NCBI RefSeq assembly: GCF_001194135.2
Contig: NC_068982.1
Coordinates: forward strand, 41,769,146-41,833,145
From: Octopus bimaculoides
Taxonomy: Eukaryota
DNA length: 64,000 nt
Direction: 5' to 3'
Below are positions 28,545 through 41,997 of this stretch, one piece after another. Each line of letters begins with the position of its first letter. The first letter of the stretch is position 1. The notes below the pieces were generated by a model. That model saw only the letters and a list, made by a program, of their open reading frames with translations. It ran no database searches and was not told the DNA's origin. The position numbers and the translations under genes are program-made.

Positions 28545-29000
28545 TCATCATTATCATCATCATCATTATCATCATCATCATTATCATCATCATCATTATC
28601 ATCATCATCATTTAACGTCCGTTGTCCATGCTGGCATGGATTGGATGGTTTGACCAGGGCTGGCAAGCTTGAAGGCTGTACCAGACTCCAGTCTGATTTA
28701 GCATGGTTTCTACAGCTGGATACCCTTCCTAACATCAACCACTCCGAGATTGTAATGTGTGCTTTTACGTGCCATTTGCGTGACACCACAAATACAACTT
28801 TACTTGGCTTGATGGGTCTTCTTCTCAAACAGGACATAATGCCAAAGATCTCGGTCATTCGTCATTGCCTCTATGAGGCTCAACACTCAAAAGGTGCTTT
28901 GCGAATGCCACGAGCATTGGCCATTTTGCCTCTGTGTGGCCCAATGCTCAAAAGGTGTTTTTTACATGACACTGGCACGGGTGCCAGTTACGTGACACTA
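28545..29000 (-). mobile_element. RTE 3' UTR fragment with expanded (CAT)n tail, about 60 bp downstream of exon C
   Basis: tttaacgtccgttgtccatgctggcatgg, reverse of the RTE terminus. Similar copies at about 12620-12945 (-), 16300-16535 (+), 21750-21960 (+), 26130-26340 (-), 42700-42950 (+), 44530-44710 (-). Confidence 0.75.
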
Positions 29001-29293
29001 GCATCATATATGCAGGTGTGGCTGTGTAGTAAGCAGTTTACTTCCCAGCCACATGGTTCCAGGTTCAGTCCCTTTGCATGACACCTCAGCCTGGAGGCTG
29101 ACCAAAGGCTTGTGAGTGGATTTGGTAGTCATAAAATGGAGACAAACACCATTCCTCCATGTGATCAGCTTGAAAATTGTTAACATATTAAAATATTTTT
29201 CTTAACATGAAACTAATGGTAGCCTTAATACACAAATAAAGAAATTTTATCCATCAATGTAGTGTTGAGCACTCATTCTCATTGTTTGACATT

Positions 29294-29340
<47 letters not shown>

Positions 29341-29865
29341 CATCTGAGTGTGTGTCCTTCCCTTGACATCACTTGATAGTTGTAAACTAATGTTACCATC
29401 TTGCAAGCAGCGTTCTCTATTTTCAATCTTCCATGAAAGCATGTCTGGTCATGGAGAAATATTACCTTACTTGGAAATAGGTAAAGGTTGGCAACAGGAA
29501 GGGCATCTAGTTGTAGAAAATCTGCCTCAAAAAAATTCTGTCCACTCCATATGAATGTGGAAAAGTGAACTTTAAAACAATGCACAGGAGTGGCTGTGTG
29601 GTAAGTAGCTTGCTTACCAACCACATGGTTCCGGATTCAGTCCCACTGCATGACACCTTGGGCAAGTGTCTTCTGCTATAGCCTCAGGCCGACCAAAGCC
29701 TTGTGAGTGGATTTGGTAGATGGAAACTGAAAGAAGCCCGTTGTGTGTATATATATATATATAAAAATCCCCAAAAAAAATCGATGAACAAGCACAAAAA
29801 ACAACAACGCAAGGATGTGGTACATGTAAAAAATTAGTAGACACTCAGAGAAGGAAAGAAAAGTG

Positions 29866-29900
29866 GTTTTACATTTCAAGCAAAGCTCTTCTTCAGAAAC
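29866..29900 (-). ncRNA. Decayed minimal hammerhead of a different repeat family
   Basis: Minus strand GTTT CTGAAGA A GAGC ttt GCTT GAAA TGT A AAAC; two C-to-T changes at CpG-type sites would restore GCTC-GAAA-CGT-A. Confidence 0.45.
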
Positions 29901-30551
29901 AGAGGAAAGTCCAATAGAAAAGGAAGACGGAGAAAAAAAAATCGACAACGATTCACATGTGGTTGTGTGTCTGTGTTTATTCCCACAACATCACCTGACA
30001 GCTGATGCTGGTGTGTTTATGTCCCCATAACTTAGTGGTTCGGCAAAAGAGGCCGATAGAGTATGCACTAGGCTTACATAGAATTAGTCCTGGGGTCGAT
30101 TTCCTCGACTAAAGGTGGTGCTCCAGCACGGCCACAGTCAAATGACTGAAACAAGTAAAAGAAAACAAAAGAATATGTATATATATATACACACACACAC
30201 ACATGCACACATGCATCATTCTCACTTTTGTTGATGAGGTTATCTTGTAATCACAACAGGTTGAGTCATTTAGCCATGTAAAACTGCATAAAAGCTGTTA
30301 AATTCATATATGTCCATATGGTGGTCACAATCTTCACTTTCACCATTATGACCTGATCATTGACACAATTCCATGATGAAAACCTTAACACACCCAAGAA
30401 GTAAACAAAGCCTCTTTTTAATTGTGTATCTCTGTTTTTAAATGGCTACACTGTTTTTCCACACCAATTGTTTCACTCACTGTATAAGTTAGTGAATCAA
30501 GGGTCATATTATCTAATAAATGCTTTTCCTTTTATTGGTTTCCTTTGCTCT

Positions 30552-30808
30552 CAGCTGTTCTCAACCACTTTTTGCTAATGGACCCCTTTGATTCCTATTT
30601 TACTCTACTGAACCTCCATGACGATTCAATGTAAATAAAAAAAAATTCTACTCTATTTTTATAATAAAATATTATTAGGAATTGTATAAAAAATGTTTAA
30701 TATTTTGTGTATAAGCAATTTATTGCACATGAACGTTAACAACAAAATTTTATACAGACACCCCCCCCCCCCTGCAAATGCCATATGGACCCTGGTTGAG
30801 GGCCACTG
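30552..30808. mobile_element. hAT-like MITE
   Basis: TIRs CAGCTGTTCTCAACC / GGTTGAGGGCCACTG; TSD not clean. Confidence 0.5.
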
Positions 30809-32779
30809 CTCTACATGGATTAGATGGATTTCTATAACTTTAAGCTTTACTGACTCAATTTTACAAGCTTTGGTAATGTTATGTAAGTCACTATATATGT
30901 ATTTATTTTACTTGTTGGATCTGGAGGAAAGAGCAGTGTTCATGGCTTTTGTCACTTCTCTTAGGCGAGTGAGATTGATGTTATTAACGATCCTATTGAA
31001 TCTTCGTATGTCAGTACCTGTGGGAAATACATGAGCAAAGATGAAATGTCAGAAGGCCAAAGCTCTAAGAAGGAAGGACTAAATGAAGTGATTAATGCAG
31101 GGCTTGGAAGGTTGGACACAACAAGTTTGGTTAGAAGAGGAGAAATAAGTGGTTCAAGAAGACATAGCCAACCATTATAGATGCAGTAGGAAAAGCAGAA
31201 GGAGAAAACAACATATCTGTGTGTCTTTCAGTGAACTTTAACCCTTTCACTGTGGAATCAAATGTTATGATTATTCCAGCAATGATGTTAAGTATCTACC
31301 AAAGAAATAGAATTGGTATTTTCTGCAAGTCATAAACTTGAGATATCTCAACAAAAAATAGTTTCAAAGATGACATTCCTCAACAAAAGGCACAGACATG
31401 ACTGTGTGGTCAGAAGCTTGTTTCCCAACCACATGATTCTGGGTGCAATTCCACTGTTTGGCACCTTGGGCAAGTGTCTTCTAGTATAGCCTTGGGCCAA
31501 CTAAAGCCTTGTGAATGGATTTGGCAGACAGAAACTGAAAGAAGCTTGTCGTATATATGTCTGTGTGTTTGTTGTCTTTGTGTTAATGTTTGTCCCCCAC
31601 CACTGCTTGACAACTGGTGTTGATGTGTTTACATCCCCATAACTTAGGAGTTCGGCAAAAGGAACTGATAGAATAAGTACAAGGCTTAAAGAAAATGAAA
31701 AAAGATAAGTACTGGGGTTGTTTTATTCAACTAAAAGTTCTTCAAGATGTTGCCCCAGCATGGCTGCTGTCTAATGACTGTTACAAGTGAAAGATAAATG
31801 AAGAAAAGACAGATTGGTAGATTGGTATATAAAACTACTTTCCACAGTTAACAGTAATGAAATTTTGAGTGGATATATCTGGGTTAAGCCAATCAGCCAG
31901 ATGGGGTTTTTTTTTTTTTTTTGGATGTGGTTTAAGGTGCCCACGTGCAGAAGCTGCTGTGCCAGCACCATTCCAGGATCTTTCTTCATTTAAGCCTGAC
32001 ATTGTATCAAATGAGAAAAAAGACTGTTTACATTATTTTAGAATGAACAATATTAAAGATTTATGTATCCAGTCATCCTTTGTAATTTGATTTCATTTTA
32101 TGGGTTAAACATGTGCTGAACTTAAACATATACTGCTCAAACTCACTCGCCAAGTCTTGCAAATATGGTTGTTGGTTAATTACTAATTAACTAATTAATT
32201 TTCAATGAATCTTAAGAAGATTACCAGTGGTATCACTTCTATGTATGCTTGCATCCTGAGTGTGTTGAATTTAAAGTCTCCACCTCCTCCTCTTCCTATG
32301 TACCAGCAACATCATAACAGCTACTATTACCATTGTCAACATATCTCCCAGAATCTCATCTAGTGCTTGATTGAGTAACCCAAATGTTGGTATGGTAAAC
32401 ATGGTTGTGTGGTAAGAAGCTTGCTTCCTAACCACATGGTTCCGGGTTCAGTCCCTCTGTGTGGCACATTGGGCAAGTGTCTCCTACTATAACCTCGGGC
32501 TGACCAAAGCCTTGTGAGTAGATATGGTAGATGGAAATTGAAAGAAACCCGTTGTGTATATATATATACACATGCACACACGCACATATATGTATGTATT
32601 TGTGTGTCTGTGCATGTACATACACACACATATATGATATGTTTCTTTCAGTTTCTTTCTACCACATTCTCTCACAAGGCTTTGGCCAGCCTGGGACTAC
32701 AGTAGATGGCATTTGCCCAAGGTGCTATGCAATGGATCTGAACCCAAAATCATGTGGTTGGGAAACAATAAAAACATTT

Positions 32780-34040
32780 ATTAATAAAAACAATAAAAAC
32801 ATCCTGGCCAATTTTCCATTCTTACATTTTTTGAGAATGTTGTAACTAAACCAAAGCTTTCCTTTGTACCATCCATATTCTTGCCATAGAGTTTCAGATC
32901 ATCCACAAAGAAGCAATGTTGATGATTCTCCTGTAAGCTAATCTCCCATCTTTTAGGTTTCTTTAGCAAAAAAGGACAAGAGGTTTACTAAAAGTATAGA
33001 CAGAATCATAGAGAGAGAAAGAGAGAAAGAGAGACTGTCTCTGTGATTCTGTATCTTTTTAGTTACAATAGAACTATTTCTATTAAGCTTCAGAAAGATG
33101 GCACAGGATGAAGGTAGGTTGTCTTTGGCCTTGATAATGGCATCTTGAAGTTTACCAAATCTAGTCTATAGAACTGTAGCATCCATGAGTAGGTAACACA
33201 GTCAAATGCTTTCTTGTAATCCAGCCAGACTGTGATCAAGTTCCTCTTGTGTCTCTTAACTTCTGACATCAGTTCTTTTTTTCTTTCTAACTCTTTGTTT
33301 AGCTACTATTACTATCACAATGGAAAGCATTGAGCTGACAGAATTGTTAGATGGCTTAGGCGGTGAGCTGGTAGAAACAGCATGCCAGGCAAATGGCTTA
33401 GCGGTATTTTGTCTGTCTTTATGTTCTGAGTTCAAATTCTGCCAAGGTCGACTTACCCTTTCTTCCTTTCAGGTTCAATAAATTAACTACCAGTTGTGTA
33501 CTGGGGTCAATCTAATCGACTGGCCCCCTCCTCCAAAATTTCGGGCCTTGTGCCTAGAGTAAAAAAGAATTATTAGATTGCCGGAGCAAATGCTTAGCAG
33601 CTTTTCTTCCAGCTATACATTCTGATTTTAAACTCTCCCAAAGCTGACGTTGCCTTTCATACTTTTGGGGTCAACAAAATAAGCAGCAGTTAAGCATTGG
33701 AGGCTGATATAAATAGCTAACCCCTTTCCACAAAATTTCAGGCCTTGTACCTATAGTAGAAAGGATTATTACTAACAGGAAGAACAGGATCAGACAGGCT
33801 TTATACATTCTATATGTGATATTCTGGCATCCAGTTGGCCAGTACTTAATTGTCAGATGAATTTTATTGTTTTGGGGTGTCAGTTTTGTTTCTGCCGGTG
33901 CTAACCAGCTTCGTATGTCTATGTTTCTACTAAAAACTTGCTGGTAAAGGTCAATCAGATACCGCTGACAAAAGTTCAGTCTTTTTGTTCTAGTCTTCAG
34001 CAATTAAGTCCCTTCCTGGTGTTTCCCTATCCTGATGTTT
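32780..34040 (-). mobile_element. R4/Dong RT fragment interrupted by Nin-type SINEs
   Basis: Minus strand SWLAPAETKLTPQNN..KYWPTGCQNITY (33770-34000); NLITVWLDYKKAFD (about 33200-33250); FFVDDLKLYGKN (about 32880-32915). Confidence 0.75.
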
Positions 34041-34402
34041 TTGATTACAGTCTCAAGGATGTGTGTGTGTGTGTCTGTGTGCATGCATGCATGTGTGTGT
34101 TCTTATGTATGCACATGCATGCATATGTTTGTGTGTAAGAAGGCCTCACCCAGAGACCAACACTAATCATTTTCTTTGTAATGAGCAGCTATTTTTCACT
34201 GATGTTAATTACATTACATTACATTATTAATAAAAGTATACCTTATTTATCAATTAGTATCGTATAGCAAATGTGACATTTCATACTCGACCTGATATGT
34301 CAATCAATTAGTTCTAACTCTTAACTCTCTCTCTCTCTCTCTCAGCTCTCTCTCAGCTCTCTCTCTCTCTCTCTCTCTCTCTTAGCTCTCTCTCTCTCTC
34401 TT

Positions 34403-34480
<78 letters not shown>

Positions 34481-34964
34481 GTGTATGTGTTTGCATGTAC
34501 CATTATTTGATTTTATCAAACATTTTCTTCCTTCCTGTCTTTGTTTCCTTATACTTTTACCATTACCATTTTGCTTTCACATATCCTTTCTGTTTTTCCC
34601 TCATTAAATTTTTTTCCCTTTAACTCTTACTCATACAGATATGTGCATGCATGCGTGCACACACACACCTCTCTCTCTCTTTCTCTCTCCTCAAACGCAT
34701 ATATATAAATAAATAACAAAAATAGACAAAGTGTCTAGTATTAGTGTAAGATATATCTAGTATCAAATATGCATCTAGAGTTAATGAAACATGAGGATGG
34801 GAAAAGAACTGATGAAGTGGAGCTTTCAAACTAATATCTGTTTCTTCTCAAGTCATGTAGACTTCCTTTGTCATGATTACCATCATAAATGCAATGAACC
34901 AGTGATTAACCCATGGCTAACCTGTAACCATAGAAACACTTGTTCAGAAAATATGATATAAAAT

Positions 34965-35375
34965 AAGCACAAGCATGGCTGTGTGGTAAGAAGCCTGCTT
35001 CCCAGACATATGGTTTTGGGTTCAGTCCCACACTGTGGTGCATTGGGCAAGTGTCTTCTACTATGACCTTGGACTGATCAAAGCCTTGTGAGTGGATTTA
35101 GTTAATGGAAACTGAAAGAAGCTTATCATATGTATGTGTGAGTGAATGTGCGTTACTTGCCTTGATGTTGCATGATTGTTGTAAACGAATGTCACCAACA
35201 TGCAAGCAGTGTCCTTCATTTCCATAATAATGTCTGGTGATGGGGAAATATGACCTAACTGGAAATAGGTGAGGGTTGATGACAAGAAGGGCATCCAGTT
35301 GTAGAAAATCTGCCTCAGGAAATTCCATCCGACCCATGTGAGCATAGAAAAGTGGATGTTAAGATGATGAGGAAT
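34965..35375 (+). mobile_element. SINE family A head with tail type 2 (RTE-like 3' end)
   Basis: Same head, then ggaagggcatccagttgtagaaaatctgcc...gacccatgtgagcatagaaaagtggatgttaagatgatg. Also 39840-40250 (-) and 51720-52855 (-); tail-only copies at about 4680-4915, 8370-8620, 10135-10325, 29350-29580. Confidence 0.75.
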
Positions 35376-36572
35376 GTTGAGGAATAATGCAAGTGGCTTC
35401 TCTTGGTTCATTTCAATAAGCATATAAGGTAATGACAGACAAGGTGAATCTCCTCACGGTATAGTGGCTTTTATTTTTTGTTATCAATTATTTTGGGTTA
35501 CCAAACAACTGCAGTGTTTAGAAAAGTAACAAATACTGTTTCTATTTTCTTGTGGCTGTGTATAGTGTTTGATGAGTATGGTTTGCAGGCATGTGATAAT
35601 TTGGTGCAGCCTTTAGCCATTATGGTACCGTATATTTGGTATCACTGATTTGATATCAGATGTTTTAATGTGTCTCTTGTTTTCTCTCTCTGTTTACATG
35701 TGTGAGCATATTTCTCTTTGTGTTTGAGGAGATGGAATGTGTTTATGTCAGTCATGTTCAATTAATAAACTGTTGCATCTCTTTCTCTCTCTTTCTATCT
35801 GTATATGTATATTTCTGTGTGTGTGCATGCATGTGTGCATGTTTGTCTGCAGTGCCAAAAAATACTGTCACCAAAATAAGTTCAGTGTGCCAAATCACTA
35901 GCGTTCAAACAGTCATGCCCATCTGATTCTGTGACTGAGGAAAGTCTGTGAGTATAAAACAACATCATATTAAAGTTTTGTCCTATTTCTAGTTCATTTC
36001 AGAGTTTGTCAGTTTTTTTTTTCCAGACATATTACAGAAAACATTTTCTGTTGGATATATTTTTAATTGGTTCCTTGCAGGTAAAATTATTTCAGTGGAA
36101 GTTTACTACTTTAGCTAAAGCCAACTGCTCAGCCATTAAGCAACAGAAATACCTAGCTTTTGTCTGGATTAAGTGAAGCAAATAGATCAACATAGTAAAT
36201 AAAATAAGTGACACAGACAAAAAATTGGTAACACTAGAGTGCATTTTGAATAAAGATCTATTGCTTTTTTTATGCAAAATATTTTTTGTAACTAAACTAT
36301 GGGTGTTGTTTCCAAATTTGATTTCAGAATTTGTGTACCATTTCGAGTTTTTTCAGAAACACATTTTCAGATTTTAGCAATGTAGTATGTATGATATGCA
36401 TATATTAAGTAAAGCAAAAGTTGTAGTTATAAGGTATAATAATTAGTAGAGACATTTTAGTTGTTTTATGAGAAGTTCTAGCCCCTTTTCTACTTTGTTT
36501 AGATACTAATTCTATGAATATTTAATTATATTTTATAAACATTTTTTAAAAATTGGTATTTTTTATTATATA

Positions 36573-36971
36573 GGCGCAGGAGTGGCTGTGTGGTAAGTAG
36601 CTTGCTTACCAACCACATGGTTCTGGGTTCAGTCCCACTGCATGGCACCTTGGGCAAGTGTCTTCTATTATAGTCTTAGGCCGACCAAAGCCTTGTGAGT
36701 GGATTTGGTAGACGGAAACTGAAAGAAGCCCGTCGAATATATGTATATGTGTGTGTGTTTGTGTGTCTGTGTTTGTTCACCCCCTCCCAACATCGCTTGA
36801 CAACCAATGCTGGTGTGTTTACGTCCCCATAACTTAGTGGTTTGGCAAAAGAGTTCGATAGAATAAGTACTAGGCTTACAAAGAATAAGTCTTGGGGTTG
36901 ATTTCCTCGACTAAAAGTGGTGCTCCAGTATGGCCGCAGTCAAATGACTGAAACAAGTAAAAGAATAAAGA
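36573..36971 (+). mobile_element. tRNA/CORE-like SINE family A with tail type 1, best full-length copy
   Basis: Head ggcgcaggagtggctgtgtggtaag (A box) ... gggttcagtcc (B box), CORE-like accttgggcaagtgtcttct, (TA/TG)n hinge, tail ending gactgaaacaagtaaaaga. Over 20 copies in the window, e.g. 3865-4380, 29583-30165, 31395-31790, 51105-51485, 56388-57830, 61095-61445, 62970-63470. Confidence 0.85.
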
Positions 36972-37039
<68 letters not shown>

Positions 37040-40000
37040 ATGCTGTAACTGCTTTGTTTGCCTTGTAGCATTGAAATCACTTTCATATTTCCACAAATCA
37101 TTCAATTGTGTCTATTGTAGATGTGATATTTATATTTCATACCTTCTTACCTTTCTTTTAAATGTACTGAGTAGCCAATCAGGACAGAAACAAAAATCAT
37201 TTCCTTAACTCATCAAAATACATTTTAAACTGGTCCTTGGACTATGTCTGAAAAGTCATTCATCGAATTTATATCAGCATCTCATTGCATTTAAACAAAC
37301 CATTGATATCATAACAGTAAACAATATCATATTCCCCACTGCAGAACTACTGCAACACATTTTTTTTCTCTATATTAATACAAGATTGTTGTTGCCAGAG
37401 TGCGTGAGTTATAACGGTTTAACCTGAATCTTAATAATACAAATATGCATGCATACATATGTGCATACCTTGCATGCCATGCAAATGCAGAACTGCATAT
37501 AATTTAGATGTTTTCACTTTTCAATGAGCAATATGATTGTGATTTCTGCTGACAATATCAACTAATTACTTAATTACACACAACTCCTATAATTTTGGGA
37601 AAATTTATCACATTTATGGAAGTTGTTGTTGTTGTTATTTTTGTTACTGATTTTTGTTATTATATATACATTCTAATAAAGTTGTGCATTTTAAATGTCA
37701 AAGTTTCAATCCATTAGGAACAGCATTCTAATTAGCTCTTAAATTTACTAATTCCTCTGCTCTGCTAATTATTCAATTGTACCTGATATACCAATTATTC
37801 AGTTGGGAAAAATTGCAGCTTACATATGAATTAGTTTTAGATAACAATCAAGCAGTTTTAGCTGTACTTTATAACATGATTTTGTTTCTTTTTTCCTCCC
37901 TCTAAACTGAGTTTTGTGGCTGTTATAATGTTGCATACAGAGGAAAGAAACTAGAATTAGGAGAAGGAGTAGAGATAAATTTGAGAATTATACAGGTAAA
38001 CTTGTTACCTCTTGTAGGTTGCTAAAACAAATTTTAATGATATCAAAGTGTTAATTAGTATATTTGATTAGAGATAGAAAGAAATATCTCAAGTTGTTAC
38101 CTGTTATCATTTTGGTAAATATACTTACGAGAATTTTCAAGGCTTATTTTGAGTTTGAGTTCACAGTCCAAAATGGTTAAGTATTCTAGAAGTTTATGAA
38201 TGATGTAACATAAAAAGTAAGATTCTCTATACTCAAATTTTCAATGCAATTTTGATTCTTTAATTTTGCTTCTTATCACTGGGACTGCTAATTCCTTGGA
38301 TAAATACATGAATGTCAAATCTTCTTCTTGTTGCATCCTAAAAATCTCAGGTTTGATCTTTAAGTTAGATATAATCCCTTTGAAAATAAAAGATATACAA
38401 ATGCTTCTGCACTGTAGAGCTAATTTCTCAGTAAACCAAGTCTGCAACTTCTAGATGGAAGCTTCACTTCATACTAAGCATTTCCTATTTTTACTCTCCT
38501 AGAACTGCAATTCTATGAATTTCTCTAACTACCCGCTTTCCCTGTATCAGAACCTTCATGGGTTGTATTGTCAATGTCAGTTATCCATAGAGCCCTGTCC
38601 AGTAAGGTCAAAAAAGGCTACAATGACAATCACTTTTCACATTAACTAATAGTAATAAAAAGAAAAGATAAATGAATGCTTTTAAAAATGTCATAGATAT
38701 TGTTTTTTAATTGTTATTTATGGTGCAGCTGCTACAGCTGGTGGAAAGCTCTATTAGATATTTTACATGAACTAATTTATTCCCTCACTAGTTCAAATTT
38801 CACTCTAAATTGATTTAGTTTTGATCACTCCTATGCTATTAAAAAAGGTTCTGAGATCAATTTAATAGTATGATTTATTTCTTTACAAAATTTAATGTTA
38901 ATAAGAGAAAAATATATTGTAATGGCAAAGCATAAGTGTTACTTGCAAACAAGAATGATTTGGTAGTATTATCCTTTTGATGTTTTAGGTGTTTATGTAG
39001 TCACAAGCTGACATAGATATCCTCTACCTTAATCCAATAGAATATTGAGGATTTGACAATCAGAAGGCGGGAGGGCCTGCACTAACAGTTGGTTGCCACT
39101 TAATTTCAACCGAGTAAATTGGAGTAACTTGAAATGAAGGACTTTGCTCAAAGACATGTTGTATAGTCCAGGAGTCAAACCCCAAAATTTTTAATCATAT
39201 GGTCAACATCTGAACCACTAGGCCACATGGCTTCTCTATAGTATTATAGTAATAGTAATAATGATTTCAGATTTTGGCACAAGGCCAGTAAGTTTGAGGA
39301 GGGGATTAGTTGATTATATTGACCCTCGTATTCCACTGGTACTTACTTTATCAACCCTGAAAGGATGAAAGGCAAGGCGGATCTTGGCAGAATTTGAACT
39401 CAGAATGTAAATGCTGATGAAATGCTGCTCACCATTTTGCCCGATAGGGTAACGATTCGGCCAGTTTGCCACCTTATAGTAAAAGTAATAAAAATAATAA
39501 CTTTTTCTACTTCATGCACAAAGACAGAAATTTGAGGGGTGGGGACTAGTTGGTTGCTTTAACCCAATGATTCTGCCAGCTTGTCAGCTTAGTAATAATA
39601 ATAATAATAATGATTTCTGTGTCCATCCACAAATACTTAAAGAAATCCTGTAGCTAATTAATTTGAACTGAGTTTATTGCAACTAATACTAATTTTAATG
39701 ACCCAGTTGAAAGAAAACTGAATTTGATACTAGTAGAATTTGAATTGAGAACAAGGAAGGATAATAATAAAGTTCTTAAGTATTTGCAGTTAGTATAGTG
39801 TATAATTCTTTCTACCACTCCACTGCTCAGTTAATAACAACATCATAATCATTGAATATTCACTTTTCCATGCTGGCATGGGTCAAATGGAATTTGTTGA
39901 GGCAGGTTTTCTACAGTCAGATGACTTTCCTGTTGTCAGTCCCACCTGTTTCCAAGGTGGATAATAGTTCCACATAAGCAGACATTGATTTTCATCAAAG

Positions 40001-40689
40001 ACTAGAAATGAACAACCTCACTTGTATGATGGTGATGTTTGTTTACAACAATGATGTCAAAACAAAGGTACACAGAAACACATATGCACACACACACATG
40101 ATGGATTTTTTTTTTCAAATCCACCCTCAAGGCTTTGGTTAGCCTAGGGCTGTAGTAGAAGTCATTCTCCCAAGCTGCTATGCAATAGGGCTGAACCCAA
40201 GAGTTCATGGTTAGGAAGCAAGCTTCTCAACCACAGCTATGCCTCACCTACAATAATAATAATAATTTCTAACATACACACAAAGCTGCACATTTTTGTT
40301 GGAAGGAAAATAGTTGATTAAATTGACCCCGATACTAAGTTGACCTTGGTAGGATTTGGACTCAGAATGTTAATAGCAAAGGCTGATACTGTAAGAGAAT
40401 ACCAGCAGCAGTTACTAGAGATTACTGAATGATGTTAAATGAGAGAACACCATCAGGAGAGATCTAAAGAGAAAACACAAAAAGAACACTGATAGACATT
40501 TAATATCAAAGTAAGCTATTTGAATGTTCTGAAAAATATCCATTAACTTTGTTTATATAACAATGAATCAAACTGAAAAAAATGATGAAAATGTTGAAAA
40601 ATAACTGTATAAGATGTACAGTAATTTATTTGTAAATTGTTTGTCTGTAACTTATAAAATTAATGTATTCCAAATGAAACACAAAATGG

Positions 40690-40980
40690 TGTAAATGGAC
40701 ACAAGAAGAATATGAATGTATTCTACAAGTATATATTAGATACAATCAATTCCCCAAAATGAAACTCCTACAATATTCTCTTAATGAAATTTGGAAAGAA
40801 AATAATCATGATTTAAACATAATGTTGGATCCTAACAAAACAGCTAACTAAAGAAGAAAAATTCTCAAAGCCAAAACATACAAGAAATCAAAGTAGGACA
40901 TTTAAAAGAAAGAATATATAACAATAACAGATATGGATAAATGATCCAGAAATAAAGATCTGGAACTAGAGATAACAAAA
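40690..40980 (+). mobile_element. R4/Dong N-terminal fragment
   Basis: KWTQEEYECILQVY..IWKENN..LDPNKTAN*RRKILKAK, resembling the R4 N-terminal KWT.EE..ANKLAN.RR pattern. Confidence 0.55.
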
Positions 40981-40984
40981 CTTT

Positions 40985-41575
40985 TTGCGTGTCGCCGGCA
41001 CAGGTGCCAGTGATATGACACTGACAACAGCCACAACTATGATTTCATTTGACTTGATAGGTCTTCTCAAGCATAGCATATCGCCAAAGATCTCAGTCAC
41101 TAGTCATTGCCTCCATGAGGCCCAACATTTGAAGATTATGCTTCACCACCTTGTCCCATGTCTTCCTGGGTCTCCCTCTTCCACAGCTTCCTTTCACTGG
41201 TAGAGATCAGAACTTCTTCACACAACTGTCCACATCCGTATGCATCACATGACCATACCAGTGCACACCACATCTGATGCCTCTTATGCCCAACTTTTCT
41301 CTCAAGACATTTACACTCTATCATACATGCACACAAACACTGCACATCCAGCGAAGCATACTAACTTCATTTCTTTCAAGCCTACACATGTCCTCTGTAG
41401 TAACAGCCCATGTTTCACTGGGGTGTAGCATGGTTGTTTGCACACAGGAATCATACAATTTGCCTTTCACTCCGTGGGAGAGGCCTTTTGTTACCAACAG
41501 AAGTAGGAGCTCTCTGAACCTATTCTTGTTCTAGCTCTCAGAGCACCCCCCTCCCCCTGCTACTGACTTGGTCAC
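40985..41575 (-). mobile_element. RTE LINE 3' fragment (decayed ORF end)
   Basis: Minus strand KGKLYDSCVQTTMLH.SETWAVT.ED..RLERNE.SMLRWMC...WYGHVM..GRGRPRKTWDKVV, same family as 53586. Confidence 0.8.
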
Positions 41576-41601
41576 CTAGGTAACAGAAGCTACTATATAT
41601 G

Positions 41602-41666
<65 letters not shown>

Positions 41667-41889
41667 TCACACACACACATATATATACATGACAGGCTTC
41701 TTTCACTTTCCATCTACTGAATCTGCTTACAAGGTTTTTTTCCGCCTGAGGCTATAGTAGAAGAAACTTGTCCAAGGTGCCACACAGTGGGACTGAACCT
41801 GGAATCATATGGTTGGGAAGTAAACTTCTTACCACACAGCCATGCCTGATGATTTTTTTATTTATTTTATTTCACAAATTATATTTCAG

Positions 41890-41997
41890 GGCTTCCCGCT
41901 ACACATGAATCTAGCTGTTAGTAATATTGGACAGACAATTCCATCAGATGAAGGTCGTATGAAGATGCTGAAAGAACAAAACAGACAACTGACACAG
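41890..41997 (+). CDS. SAPCD2: SAPCD2-like coding exon D, ending in a GC donor
   Basis: atatttcag| ... CAG|GCAAGT, 108 nt; GFPLHMNLAVSNIGQTIPSDEGRMKMLKEQNRQLTQ; LKEQNRQLTQ matches human LKEQNRLLTQ. Confidence 0.88.

Noticed and set aside
35853-35947. AG...GTGAGT-bounded 95-nt segment inside the SAPCD2 intron
   Set aside because: Stops in all three frames, and exons C and D already join in frame.
37145-37255. Minus-strand segment with a strong AAG|GTAAGA donor as partner for the 30908-31017 exon
   Set aside because: All frames from the nearest plausible acceptor contain stops.
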